A DNA stretch of 64,000 nucleotides. Source: Octopus vulgaris. Lineage: Eukaryota. Of this stretch, positions 50,838 through 64,000 are shown in pieces (position 1 is the first letter of the stretch; every line of letters starts with the position of its first letter). The DNA is taken from positions 83,390,001 through 83,454,000 of the forward strand of contig OX597821.1 in assembly GCA_951406725.2 (NCBI GenBank). Direction: 5' to 3'. Under the pieces are notes generated by a model that did no database searches, had not been told where the DNA came from, and saw nothing but the letters and a program-made list of their open reading frames with translations. Both the position numbers and the translations under genes were made by a program.

Positions 50838-51633
50838 TCTTTTATCTTTTACTTCTTTCAGTCATTGGACTGTGGCCATGCTGGGGCACTGCCTTAAAGA
50901 ATCTTTAATCTAATGAACTGACCCCAGTATTTATTTTCTTCTTTTTAAACCTAGTACTAATTCTATCAGTCTCTTTTGCCATACTTCTAAATTATGAGGA
51001 TGTAAACACACCAATACCGGCTGTCAAGCAGTGGTGGGGAACAAACGTAGATACAAAGGCACACACACACACACTGGTCTTCTTTCAGTTTTCATCTACT
51101 AAATCCACTCACAAGGCTATAGTGGAAGACACTTGTCCAAGATGCCACACAGTAGGACTGAACTTGGAACCATATAGTTGGGAAGCAATCTTCTTACAAT
51201 ACAGTAACACCTGTGCCTGTTTTTCTTTCTTTTTTTTTCTTTTTACTTGTTTCAGTCATTTGACTGCGGCCATGCTGGAGCACCGCCTTTAATCGAGCAA
51301 CTCGACCCCAGGACTTATTCTTTGTAAGCCCAGTACTTATTCTATCGGTCTTTTTTTGCCGAACCGCTAAGTGACGGGGACGTAAACACACCAGCATCGG
51401 TTGTCAAGCAATGCTAGGAGGACAAACACAGACACACAAACATACACACACACATACATATATATACATATATACGATGGGCTTCTTTCAGTTTCCGTCT
51501 ACCAAATCCACTCACAAGGCTTTGGTCGGCCCGAGGCTATAGTAGAAGACACTTGCCCAAGGTGCCACGCAGTGGGACTGAACCCGGAACCATGTGGTTG
51601 GTAAACAAGCTACTTACCACACAGCCACTCCTG
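50838..51633 (-). mobile_element. Two tandem family A SINEs (old 50838-51218, young 51240-51633)
   Basis: Both match family A consensus. Confidence 0.88.
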
Positions 51634-51959
51634 TGAAAAAGTTTTTTTTTTTCTTTTACTTTTTTTTTCAGAGAAATAAGGAAGACTCTATTCTGCCTAA
51701 TAATCATCAGAATTATCATAAACTGAAGACTTTAATTCTGAGAGCAATGATTGTTGTTTAACCCCAGATCAAGCCTGCAATCCAGCCATGACCATTACAT
51801 CTATTTTCTATGTGTAAACAACCTATGATTACATTATCCAATGTTTTTTGTTTTTTTTTTGAGATGTAATTTAAGGTTGTTTTGGTTGCTATTTCTAGCA
51901 AATGGAGCGACCATGTAGAGGCTCTTTTGTTGGCTTCTCAGTCTGGAGAGCAAAAGAAG

Positions 51960-52017
51960 CGCAGAGGAGGGAGGAGGGAGAGCACGAAAGGCAGAGAGAC
52001 AATATGAGAGAGAAAGT

Positions 52018-52049
<32 letters not shown>

Positions 52050-52332
52050 AAGAAAGAGATCAAAAGCAAGAGAAAAGAAACAAATATAGAAAGAAAGGAG
52101 AGAAAAAACAAAGCAAGAAGGAAAGAAAGAGAAAACATAAATAAAGGAAGAATACATTTGATGATGTAGTTGTAGAGAGTGCAAGAAAGGTCGGATGGAT
52201 GCAACGACTAGAAGGCACCGGATCATAGGTCTGTCCTGAGGCTGAACAACAACACAAAGTATCAGACAGGAAGCAAAAGAATAAGAAAAAAAGGGGAAAA
52301 AAACGATGTAGAAAAGAATAAAATAAGAAAAA

Positions 52333-52363
<31 letters not shown>

Positions 52364-52405
52364 GAAGAAAGAAAGAAAGAAAAAAGAAAGAAAGAAAGAA
52401 AGAAA
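51960..52405. repeat. GA/GAAA-rich low-complexity tract
   Basis: Directly visible. Confidence 0.85.
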
Positions 52406-54029
52406 TATGAATCCTAAGAAACTGCATATTTTCCACCTTGGAAGAGAAACTGTTATAATAGTTAAATGACTAATCATGAGGGGTGGCCATCATATAGGAT
52501 CATTTGCTGCTAACTGAGGCTACGGTTAACAACAACGGTATTAAATGCTGAAAAACGTTAGATTGCCAACAGGGTTAAGCAGCAAGTTTGCCAGGCTATT
52601 AGTTAGTTGGGTGACTAACAAACAGTGAATCCACTAAAACTACTAGATCAAACACAAAACAAGTATATCACTATGTTAATATGATCCACCACAGGCAATT
52701 TCATAATATAAGTTGCCAAAATGTAGAGAAACACCTGAATGGGGGTGTTCATTAGCCAGTGTCAGAGGAGAGGAATTGATATTTGGGTAACATTATTGGT
52801 TACGTAATCCTTGGAATTCAACCAATTTAATAATCTCTAGTTTTCTACAAATACAAATATTAGTAATTTGTATCAGTAAAATGACAGATTAGAAACAGTT
52901 GCTTTATTATTATTGTATTAATCAGAAGTGTTTAGAGCATGACATATAATTAATTCTATATTTTACATAGAAGTGGGTTGTTGTTAGCACCAGATCTTTT
53001 GGGAGAGTACCTATGGTAAATTAGTGCCCTATCCACAAGGAGAATCATCTATCAGTCTCTCAGGTAATGAATGATACTAAGCCTGAAGTTAAATCTAAAT
53101 TCTCTGAAGCAGTAAGACTAACAGAGGTAGTAAATTTAAAATGTGCTCTTTTGAAGTTCCTATCAAGAGTTGAACCTGCAATTATTATTTTGCAAGTTGT
53201 CACAGAAATAAGGCTAGCATTAGTAACAGATGAGAGGAATCCTTCAATCAGGTCCTGAACTATTCAAAATTGTGATTATAATGTGTCAATTGATCAGCGC
53301 TTGGAGAAAAACATATGTCCTAATTTCTTGTGATTCTGCCTTCTACTTAACCATTCAGAAGTGCACCTCAAGTATCCTCTACCAGTACGTTCTTTCAATT
53401 AAGAACATTCTAAATCTATATTGCATATATGTATGAGACGTGTGGCTTCATTTGAAGAGCCAGCTTCTGCTACACAAACACATGTTTTTTATGAACCCTT
53501 GTACCATAAGAGCCTGTTCAGAGATAGCTGTTCCTAAATTTTGATATCAATCAATGCTCATGTTTGCCAATGTTATTTTTTCTGCTATCCTTGTAAGATT
53601 TATTTTCAGGTCAACAATTGCTCTTCTGCATAGCAAGCTTACAGATAACATGACCAGTCCAGTGGCCTTGGTTCTTTTGCAGTGGGGTGTGTAGTATTGA
53701 TAGAAGTTTCACTTACTGGAGTGCTTCTGTGTCTGGAACCTTGTGCTGTCATTTAATGCGGAACAATCTACAAATAACATGTGGCGTGAAAGTGATTTAG
53801 CCATCTGGCATGTTCACTGTAGACAGTTGATGTCTTACGGACATAAATAAGCACTGCGAGTGCAACAGCTTGGTGAAGATACTAATATTTCTATGTTCCC
53901 AAATATTAGTTTTTCTAGAATTGACCTAATTATCAATACAAACACATCTGAGAGAAGTCAAAGGTAAGTCAATTTCTCTACTGCCTCAACACAGCTGACT
54001 TTTTTTTTCTCTTTTTTTGCACAATATAG

Positions 54030-54373
54030 ACACAAGAGTAGCTATGTAGTAAGTAGCTTGCTTACCAACCATACGGTTCTGGGTTCAATCCTACTGTGTG
54101 GCACTGTGGGCAAGCATCTACTATAGCCTCAGTCCGGCCAAAGTTTTCTGAGTGGATTTGGTAGATGGAAACTGAAAGAAACCTGTCATGTGTGTGTGTG
54201 TGTGTCTGTGTTTGTCCCCCCACCATTGCTTGACAACTGATGTTGGTGTGTTTACATTCCCGCAACTTAGCGGCAAAAATAGATCAATAGAATAAGTACT
54301 AGGCTTACAAAGAATAAGTCCTGGGGTCGATTTGGCCACAGTCAAATGACTGAAACAAATGAAAGAATAAAAG
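54030..54373 (+). mobile_element. Family A SINE
   Basis: Matches family A consensus with an internal deletion. Confidence 0.82.
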
Positions 54374-54384
54374 AACATACATGT

Positions 54385-54480
54385 GACATGGTGGTACACC
54401 ACCTCAGTCTTTTTGATGCCGATAGTCAAATCAAAGTTATCACAGGCCATGGAGAATTTCTCTTCACTTTGCTGCAAGTC
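54385..54480 (-). mobile_element. RTE reverse transcriptase remnant
   Basis: QQSEEKFSMACDNFDLTIGIKKTEVV resembles the RTE RT motif F..AC..FGLTI..KKTEV. Confidence 0.65.
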
Positions 54481-54558
54481 ATTTACAGTGCTAACACTTA
54501 CTGTTAACAGAGAGAAAGTTACAAATAGAATTGATTTGAATTTTAGTGACTCCTACAA

Positions 54559-55081
54559 CCCTTAAGCATCTAAATCAGTCGTTCCCAACCTTTTTTTAAT
54601 CACGTACCACTTGGAGGTTTCGTACAGCCACCACGTACCACCTGGTTCCAGAAAAACTCAATTCGATCAGATATCAATTTAATCACAAGTTGAAAACACA
54701 AATGAACTAACAACAAAGAACACAACTCAATTTAATGCGAGGGCTAAATCTGTTTCTTCTCCACCAGCTGGCCAATGCGGGGCATAACCTTGCTCACAGC
54801 GCATATTAAAATCACATATTACACCGAAAGTGCTCACGTACCACCTGGAAAGCCCTCATGTACCACAGGTTGGGAACCACTGATTTGAATTGATGATATC
54901 TGGCCCAAATATTCCACCTGTTTTATGTTCAAACTGATCAGATATGGTCTCTCAATGCTGTTCTAAAAATAAGCAATCACTTCATTGAAATCTCAAAGCT
55001 ATGGGACAACAACATGATTAATTCAAAACAATGTGAATAAATAAGCATTACATTTGACAAAGTAATCTGAATGCTAAAGGG
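54559..55081. mobile_element. piggyBac-like MITE (host)
   Basis: Ends cccttaagcatctaaa / tctgaatgctaaaggg; TTAA flanks degenerate; related copy at 22386. Confidence 0.55.
54576..54882. mobile_element. hAT (Charlie-like) MITE nested in the previous element
   Basis: TIRs cagtcgttcccaacct / aggttgggaaccactg; TSD atctaaat / atttgaat; repeated subterminal gtaccac motifs. Confidence 0.85.
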
Positions 55082-56555
55082 CAAAATATGTGACATCTCT
55101 CAACTGTTCTATAACTTGGATGGTTATCCCTGATATCATCATGCTGAAGATTGATGGTGCTACAGAACACTTCTAACTAACGTTATTGCTGACGGGAAGG
55201 TTTGCTGATGCTTCATGACCATCAAGGAGATGAACCATCATAATGTTGTGAAACTATCTGATGATGTCGAGACCTTTGTGATTTACAGTGTTGAATGCTT
55301 TTGTTAGATTAAGAGATGTGATGTTTAGATCCTGGTGTTGCTCTTGGTATTTCTCATGCAGGTGTCACACAGAAAATATCATATCTACAGTGTCCCATCC
55401 CACTTTTAAACTACACGGGTTTTCTGGGAGCAAACTGTTCTCAAACTATTTGATAAGACAGTTTGGTAAGACTTCTGCAAGGATCTTTCCAGTATGGACA
55501 GTATGAAGATACTATGATGGCTATCACAGGAGTGTCTTTGTCCCTTGCACTTGTATACACAGACAATCAAACCATTTGAGAATTTACATTGTTTCTAGAA
55601 CTAGAACAGTTCTGTCAACTTCTGTAGCAGAATGAATCTTCCAGACTTGAACATTTTTGCTGGTATAGCCTCTGGTCCAAAAGCTCTACCAGAGGATAAT
55701 TGCTAAGTGGTTTTTGCTACTTATGTATCAGTGGGATGCTTGTCTAGTTTGGAGTTGGTTTTGACTTGTGGTAGCTGAGAGATTGCAACTTCATTCATTG
55801 TTGATGGTTAGTTGAGGACGAAAATAAAGGATTCTGCCCAAGATAGCTGATTATCACTGTCCTTCTTCTACCCTCTCACTTTTATCACACTGCTTCTTCC
55901 ATCATACTTATACTCTTTCTTCTTCCACCTTCACGTTTATCATTCTCTTCCATGCATCCACCACAACCATGTTGGCCGTGAATAAATGAAACAGTATAAA
56001 ATAGTGAGAACCATTTAGTGATGAAGAAGACAAGAGAATCTCTCTCTAGCACTGGTGCCATGATAAAATGCACCCAAAGCATTCTGTAAAGTTAGTGAAT
56101 GACTGGAGATAACATAAGGTTGGGAGCACTTATTGGTCTTTCTAGTACTGGTACCATGATAAAATGCACCAGGTGTGCTCTATCAAGTGGTTGATGATGA
56201 TGATGGTAATGATGATGATGATACATATATGAATTAATAAAACTCATAAGTGAATGGATTGAAATCAAGTTTTTTAGAGCAGGCTTCATTTTAAATGAAA
56301 ACTATAAATATTTTAATTAAAACAAGGCAAATAAAACAGGAAATTTATATCAAAACATGTCGTAAATAACACATCAGAAGGTGTGGAACAAAACAGACAA
56401 TGGTGGATTTCAAAGGGAAACTTGATAACAAGACATATTGGAGGAATATTTTTCCAGTTCCCATACAAACCACATAGCAGAAACAGATAGAGTATACAGA
56501 ATCATATTTCTCAGAAAGGTCTTCCTTCACAGTAAGAAAAATCCTTCCAAACCAC

Positions 56556-56593
<38 letters not shown>

Positions 56594-59500
56594 CATATTT
56601 TATTTATTATAAAACAAAAACCAAAATTGGAAAATAAAAATAAATATATAAATAATTATATAAATATATAACTAGCAGAAAAGAAAAAAACAAAAAGAAA
56701 ATTAGAATTGCATTTGTGAAAGTGATGTGTTACAAAAATCTAATTGTGAAGCCTACTTACAAACAACGTTTCATACAAAGCTGTCAGTTTAATTTCCAGT
56801 AAAATATAAATAAAAGACAAAAGAAACAAAGAAAAAAAGACAAGGAAGAAGATAAAAATAAGATGAAGATGCAATGAACCATATTTCCTGCCAAGCACTA
56901 TTAGTGACAGGAGAACAAGGGAATAACTGATTTTTCTAGTCAACCTGTCATTTGCACAATATAGTTTCGTGTCTCTATTAATTCAAAGTTCTACAATAAA
57001 CAAACATGAACTATAGAATTTCTCAGCTAAAAACTCTTTGAAAGTACAATTTAGCTATGCCAAGAATGCATTAGGGTTGATATATTTGAATATGGGAAAG
57101 ACGCACCATCAGGAAAAACATCTTCTGCTGTAATGAAATATTCTACTGGAAACCCTTAAGAGATCTTTTTTTTAAATTTTTTTTTTTTTTTTTCCGCAAT
57201 CCATTTTTATATTTTTACCATTCTTTTGAGTGTCATTATCTCCAATGAATCAGAAACTGTAAACCGCTTAACAAATTTTATCTCTAAAAAGATGCTTTAT
57301 AGAAAAGATTTTTCCTTTCTTTACTGGGTTTTTTTTTTGTTAGTTTACTTGCTAAATTTTTTTTCTGCTTTTGTGTTTTCAATACTGAGAGAGAGAGAGA
57401 GAGAGTGAGAGTGAGAGAGGTAAAAAAATGTAAAAAAAGAAAAAAGAGAAATATTAAACAATAACGTGATTCTCATTAAAATAACAAAGAGTATTTTTAA
57501 CAAATAGTATGAAAATATATCCTAATGATTCCATGTCCTAACAAATAATAGGGAAAATATACACTAATGACTCTCTTATTTTTCCACGGTGGAATCTAAG
57601 CAAGCTAATGATAATGATATTCTCAAGCATTTAGTAAAGGCAAACCTTTAAGTAAAATTTGTTCAAAACATTAAAGACATCCAATTAATGAGTTTTAAAG
57701 ATAAGCTTCTAAATAAATATGTAAATAAAATTTTAAAAAATTAAAGATATAATAAATAAATAAAATATATTAAAAATAATGTCTAAGGTTTGAAATGAAG
57801 TCCTTTTTATTACATTTCAGCTAAGTTAAAATTGGATTGTAAAGGTGGTGCTGTTATTAAAATTACCAATTTAATTAAAGTCGTTAAAGCAAAATAGTTT
57901 ATCTGATATCAGTTAATTGGTAAACTTCCTACTAATTAGCATAAGTAAATAACATCAGGAGCAACTTTCTGTTCACTGCACTTTCATTGATATACCTATC
58001 ATTTAGTCGGAGGATGCGTTCAGAGAGGGAGAAGAGAAAGAAAGAGAAAAAGAGCAAGAAACAGAGGAAGAGAGGAAGAGAGAGTAAAAAGGAAGAGAGA
58101 GAGGGAGAGAGATAAATAGAGAAAGGGAGCAGAGAGAGTGAGAATATTAGGGAGAAAGAGAGAGAAAGTCATCACCAGACCATCTTTTTTTCATTTGCAA
58201 CTGATAATTACCCTGGTGATATGAGTCAGCAAAGGAGCTTTTATGTGGTGGCCAGAGCGGCAAGAAATAGCAGCCTAATCTCACTCATACTACATCCAAA
58301 TATCTTAAAAAAAACACTGGGTAATGTAAACTTACATACACTACATCAGAAAAAAAAAGACAAAAAAAACAGGATAATCATGGTTGAATGCTTTTGAGAA
58401 TAATAATAATATCCTGTATTACAATTATTATTCTGTGGCTTTTCAATCTTTTCTGTACTGCTAGTCATCACCTACTCCCCACTACCTTCCCTTTCACTCA
58501 TATCAATCATCAATCACCCCTCTCTCTTTGTCTACCATTTACCACATCTATCTCTCAACCCAACCCAATCTCTGCAGTCATCACCTACTCTCCTCTAGCT
58601 TCCCACCATCTCATATTTATCATCGACCACTCCTCAAACTCCTCATCATTCACTCCCTCTACATCACATCAACCCCACCTCTATACACCCCTTGCTTTTA
58701 TCCCCATACACTCTTGTGACCTCCACTTATCCACACTCTCTGTTCTTCTGTTCCCACTCACTTCTAGCCTCCCTCTTGTACCTAGAGGGCCTACTCTGAT
58801 ACCCCACCATCACTATTTTTATCTCTCTCTATCTAACTCCATCCCAATTAATCTTGTATAAGCAACATGCGATGTAACTCTTCAACAACAAGAAACCTGC
58901 CCCGAGCCCTTCTTTCATTCTTTAAATTTTCACTTAGTATAAACCCACCTCCTCTCTATAGAAACCCCACCCAGATGAAGGGGGCCTTAGACTTGTAAGT
59001 TATATGGTGACCTCACTGGTGCTGGTGCCATGAACAAAAAGACAGTCCAGTAGGCTCTTCAAAGTGGTCAGCAATAGGAAGGGCATCAAGCAATAGAAAT
59101 CATACCAAGGGCAGTTTTGGAACATAACAAGGTGTATACCTGGGACCTGTTGGGTCCTAGCAAACCATCTAACATAGAAGATGGACATTAAAAGAACTTA
59201 ATAATAATAATAATGATAATGCTATATCACTGAACATATATAAATGCCACCACTGTCACTGCCACCACCGTCTCCATCACTATAGTCATGTCATCTTCAT
59301 TTTCCGTCCACTTTCTGGCATGGATTGAATGGATTGTTAGAGTCCAAGTCAGTTCTTATTCTGAGCTACAACCCTTCAAGATGAGTCAGGGGACAATACC
59401 TCACTTATACGTTTCTTTCTTTTGAGCATGGTAACATGGTTTCTAGATCCGGTTGCCTTTCTTAACCTGACCACTTTAGAGGTGTACTGGGTGCATTTTA

Positions 59501-59609
59501 TCATGGCATCCTGGTTGTCATGTCCTTCACTAGACAAGACAAAAGTGACCTTTTGATCAGACATTTCTACTCATTTACCAACCTAACCCACTTCGAAAAT
59601 TAATTTTAA

Positions 59610-60305
59610 ATGCATAGCTGTGTGTTTAAGAAGCTCGCTTTACAATTACATAGTTTCAGGTTCAATCCCACTACATGACACCCCAAACAAGTGTATTGTA
59701 CTATAGCCCTGGGCTGGCTAACACTTTGAGAGTGAATTTGGTAGACAGAACCTGTGGAAGCCCATTGTGTATATATATATGGTAAGAGTGTCAAGCTCAG
59801 AATCATGTGGTAGTGAGTTCGATTCTCAGACTGGGTTGCATGTTCTGTTCTTGAGCAAGACACTTTATTTCAAGTTGCTCCTGTTCACTCAGCTGTAGAA
59901 ATGAGTTGCAACATCACTGGTGCCAAGCTGTATCACACTTTGCCTTTCTCTTGGATAACATCGGTGGCATGGAGAGAGGAGGCTGGTATGCATGGGTGAT
60001 TGCTGGTCTACAATAAACAACCTTGCTTGAAGGAGAACTTTCTAGGTACAATCCCAAGGTCAAAGAGGGTCTTTACCCATATACGTGTGTGTATGTGTGT
60101 GTCTTATCACCTTCCCCACGGTCTGGCAATTGGTGTTGGTTTATTTACATCTCTATAACTTAGCGGTTCAGCAAAAGGGACTGACAGAATAAGTACCAGA
60201 TTTATAAAAATAGGTACAGGTGTTGATTTGTTCGAGTTAACCCTTTACGGTGGCCACCCCAGCATGTCTACAGACCAATGACTGAAACAAGTAAAAGATA
60301 AAAGA
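59610..60305 (+). mobile_element. Family A SINE interrupted by a family D-headed SINE (about 59790-60078)
   Basis: Family A head, then an insertion with gttcgattctc..ttcttgagcaagacact whose tail matches about 400-580, then family A tail. Confidence 0.7.
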
Positions 60306-60353
60306 TTAAAAAAGAAAATAAGAAGATAAAGCATGAAGTGAAGAGCTACTTAC

Positions 60354-60425
60354 AGAAGTCAATACTGGGTAGGAATTTGATATAATCTAGATCTTTCTCA
60401 GGAACAGCTTCAAGTGGTTTGTGTG
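60354..60425 (-). CDS. MSH5: MSH5 coding exon 1 of 11 in window (72 nt)
   Basis: ttaaccacag|...|gtaagt; encodes xHKPLEAVPEKDLDYIKFLPSIDF, matching recalled human MSH5 IIFLPSVDF; phase-1 end joins the next exon as TCT. Confidence 0.88.
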
Positions 60426-61880
60426 CTGTGGTTAAATAGATATAATATATTTGTTATGAGCGATGGAAGCAGTATTAGTTCAGAACAGCATTTTATATAC
60501 CTTACTTAATGTAGATATACTACAGAAAGCCACAAAACTGCACTATTTGTCTTGAGAAAGCATCTCATATAAACATATAGTACTAAAGAAGCACAGAAGT
60601 TTATCATCTAAAACAGGTAAAAGACTGAAGTGTGATTTAATTAGTATAATAGAAGAACAATAAATTATAGCCATTTCTTTTTACTAAGTTAATTTGATGA
60701 GGAAGGGTAGAGCACTTGACCCTTTTTAATTAACTAATTATTCTGACTAGGAAGAATAATGCTTTCAGTCTTATTAATGAATTAATTCCAGTGCAGCTAG
60801 TTAATCTGAAGAAGCAGGGCAATGTTTATGACACTTTTTTAATTAATTAATTTGACAAAGAAAGAAAAAGGAGAGTGCCTTTAGCTATTTTTAATTAGTT
60901 AAACTGATAAGCAAAGCAATGTGTATAATTATTCTTAATGAATTGAAGAAAGAACTGAGTCTTATAGCTGTTTTGGGTCTGTCTGGACAGAGAGAACAGT
61001 GCCTAATACACACACACCATAGTCTTTTTATTTCTCTATTTTAGAAGGGTGGGAAGAAAGTCTGACAAGCCATCTGGTTTAACATTACCATCAGGTCCTT
61101 TAAAGACTTGAGCAAAATTCACTCTGTCACAAGCACTTGAACCAGACAGCCCTGCCCTGCATTCAGTTCCCTCCCAACCCATGTTTTACTTCCAGATATT
61201 CTGCACATTAGCTGCAATCTCGCCAGCTAGGGAAGAGCTTCAAAAATCATAGGCACTATCCCTATCTCTGTTAATTAACTTACAGAACAGTTACAGAATT
61301 CAAAGGGATGCAACAAACAAGACCCTTCATTAAGGAGGAAAGGGTGGCCTCCTATTCTGGACAATATTTGATCTTGCATAACAAAATTAGAATTGACAGT
61401 AATGAGTTCTTGATTGAAGAAGTCATCATGTTTGGTGGTCAAATTTGTTTCAAACTGGTTGTTTTGAGGGGAAATATAAACAAAATAGGGATTCCAGAGA
61501 ATGAGACACAATAAAAGTGATGAGAGGAAAAACATGTGACCCAAGTGATTTTAAATGCAGATAATAATATAGGATCAGAAATTTTGGAAGGCTACGAATT
61601 ATTCTAACAGTACAAGAAGAAATAGCTGAGAAGAGAGTTTATAAAGTAAAAGTGCTTGAAATCATGTCTAACAAGAACTCACAGCGGGTTGGTGCTGTTG
61701 TGGAGCACCAGGCCACCTCTGATGGAATAGTCACATGGTACAAGCAGATTGTCAGTCATATGACTAAGTATTACCATAGATCTATTGTTCTAAATATACC
61801 ATAACTATTGTTTAGTTGAGACCGCACTGCACACTCTGACATGCAATGGTGAACTGTATGGGTGTGACTGAGTGACTGAA

Positions 61881-62152
61881 GAAGTTACGAGACGGTAAAG
61901 GAGTCTAAGACAATGGAAGAGTCACAAGAGAAACAAAATCAGATTTCAATGGAATCCTAAGACAAAGAAGGAGTTTCAAGACTGGGAAAGAATCACGAAA
62001 CATGGGAGGAGTCATGTGACAAAGAAGGAATCACAAGACAGAGAAAGAGTTATAGGACAAAGAAAGAGTCACAAGACAAAGAGAGAGAAAGAGAGAGTCT
62101 AAAAATAATGAAAGAATCTGAGGCAAAAAAGAAGTCACAAGACAAAAGAAGT
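61881..62152. repeat. Degenerate 19-bp tandem repeat (gagtcacaagacaaagaaa)
   Basis: Consecutive units gagtcatgtgacaaagaag, gaatcacaagacagagaaa, gagttataggacaaagaaa, gagtcacaagacaaagaga. Confidence 0.75.
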
Positions 62153-62934
62153 CTCTTTGCAGTCATTCCATCAGCTTGAATTAGCAGCCAAGTCAATAAA
62201 ACATTAACACTTTTAGCAGAGTTCAGAAAAGAAGATGGGATGGTCAAAGCTGGTATGTTGAGCAAACATAAAAATTTAACACAGAGAAACATGGTAGTTA
62301 TTTTCAGATGACATATTAATCTACTGGCACCCTGGTCATGAGTTCATATTTCAGCACAGTTGTGTTGTAACTCAAAGTAACAGACACCCTATTTCTACAA
62401 ATTTACTTTATATAGAGAAGCATGTAAAGCCCTCTTTAAATGGTGAATCTAATGTGGAAGAGCAGTGCCGAATACACAAACACAAACACACACACACCAT
62501 GGTCCATTTGTTCCCCACTATTTTAAAAGGATGGGAAGTAAGTGTAACATGGTATCTGGTTTAACTCTACTGCTTATTCCTTTAAAAACTCTGGCAATAT
62601 TCAATGTTGCAAGCATTTGGTCCAGACAACCCTGCCCTGCATTCAATTTCCTCCCCCACCTGCATTGTACTTGTAGATATACTGTGCATGAGTTGCAATC
62701 TTACCTGCATGGAAGGGCCTACAAAGATCATAGGCACTACCCCCATCTCTCCTGATTAACTTACAAAATAGTCAGGGAATACAATAGGATACAATATACT
62801 AACCTCTTCATTAGTGAGGAAGAGACAGATTTCTACCCTGGAAAATATTCAACCTTGCATAACAAAATTAAAGTTGACAATAATGGATTCTCAAATGAAG
62901 AACATATAAAAATATTTTTGCACTTTACATAAGT

Positions 62935-63310
62935 GCAGGCATGGCTGTGTGGTTAAGAAGTGCACTTTGCAACCTCATGGTTCTGGGTACAGTCCCACTG
63001 CACAGCACCTTGGGCAACTATCTTCTACTATAGCCCTGGGCTGAGTCAATCCTTGTGAGTGAAGTTGGTAGATAAAAACCAACACAAAAAAAAAAACTTG
63101 TACTTTTTTATCTTTACTTGTTCCAGTCATTGGACTGCAGCCATGCTGGGGCACCACATTGAAGGATTTAGTCAAACAAATTAACCCCAGGACACACAAA
63201 CATATATGCCACTGTATGGTACTCTGGTTGAGTGTCTTCTATTAATAACCTCAGGTTAACCAAACCCTTGTGAATAGATTTGATAGATGGAAACTAAAAG
63301 AAGCCCGATG

Positions 63311-63346
<36 letters not shown>

Positions 63347-63545
63347 TATGTGGGGGAGGGTGTTTGTTCCCTGTCACCGTTGACAACAAGTGTTGGTTTG
63401 TTTACATTACCATGACTTAGCAATTAGGTAAGAAAGACGAATATAAAACAAAACATAAGTACTGGACTCAATTTGTTCAACTAAAACCTTCAAGGCAGTG
63501 CTCAAGCATGGCCACAGTCTAAAGACTGAAACAAGTAAAAGACAA
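62935..63545. mobile_element. Cluster of family A SINE fragments in mixed orientation
   Basis: Plus head 62935-63080, minus tail 63100-63195, plus body 63220-63545. Confidence 0.75.
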
Positions 63546-64000
63546 AGGTGAAAGACAAATTGATAAATTGAGAAGGCAAAAGAATTTGAGAATAAAATGT
63601 AGATGAACAGTTGTACACAAGAACTGAATATTGAAACTAATTGGGAAATCACAAAATTAATGGTCTTAGGCCACTGGTTCCAAAAATTTTGAAATTCTAC
63701 CATCACTGCTTCTCTCTCACTACCATTATCTATATCTCTCATTTTCAATTGAGAATTCTTTTTAAATCATAAGAAAAAATGAGAAAAACTGAAAATGCAT
63801 GTTTTGACTGGTTTTATTAAGCAAGTAAAAAATTTGCAAATGTAACAATCATATAGACAGAAAATTTAATAAAAGAAAGAATAAAATAAACTTGTTAAAA
63901 TTATAAAAGTAAACAAGTAAATCAAGAAAAAAAATTAAATAAAAGTGACTGAAATATAAAATTAAATGAACACGAATTTATTATTTTATTCTTGATAAAA

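Noticed and set aside
51834-52477. Phe/Leu/Ser-rich 200-aa membrane-protein-like ORF
   Set aside because: Translation of (TTTC)n/(CT)n low-complexity sequence.
52960-53900. Possible ancient LINE remnants (also about 6830-7270, 12640-13200, 28080-28600, 31930-32700, 55100-55800)
   Set aside because: Composition suggests decayed elements, but I could not recover diagnostic motifs reliably enough to annotate.
60426-64000. Upstream MSH5 exons (SAKQD motif, start codon)
   Set aside because: No matching translation with splice sites found; probably beyond the window end.

Overview
AT-rich, repeat-saturated eukaryotic (metazoan) DNA. The SINE, LINE and microsatellite content looks like a coleoid cephalopod, probably Octopus (inferred, not verified). 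Nearly the whole window is the interior of one minus-strand gene, MSH5 (meiotic MutS homolog 5). I assembled 11 consecutive GT-AG exons by hand (876 nt over about 56 kb, 60425 to 4513) with matching phases and no stops; both ends of the gene lie outside the window. The introns hold at least four tRNA-derived SINE families (dozens of copies), RTE, CR1/L2-like and R4/Dong-like LINE fragments, and a full-length decayed mariner. They also hold nested hAT MITEs, a piggyBac-like MITE, a non-autonomous Helitron, a 5S rRNA relic and many micro/minisatellites. The most unusual object is a 349-bp insertion (44292-44640) with a 12-bp target-site duplication. It combines a tRNA-like Pol III head, a degenerate minimal hammerhead-ribozyme motif and Penelope-style inverted repeats. 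Also notable are an 830-bp palindromic A4T4 minisatellite and a pile-up of retroelements in one trinucleotide-repeat tract. Family names and comparisons with human MSH5 come from recalled motifs, not database searches. Repeat boundaries are approximate unless a TSD is quoted.
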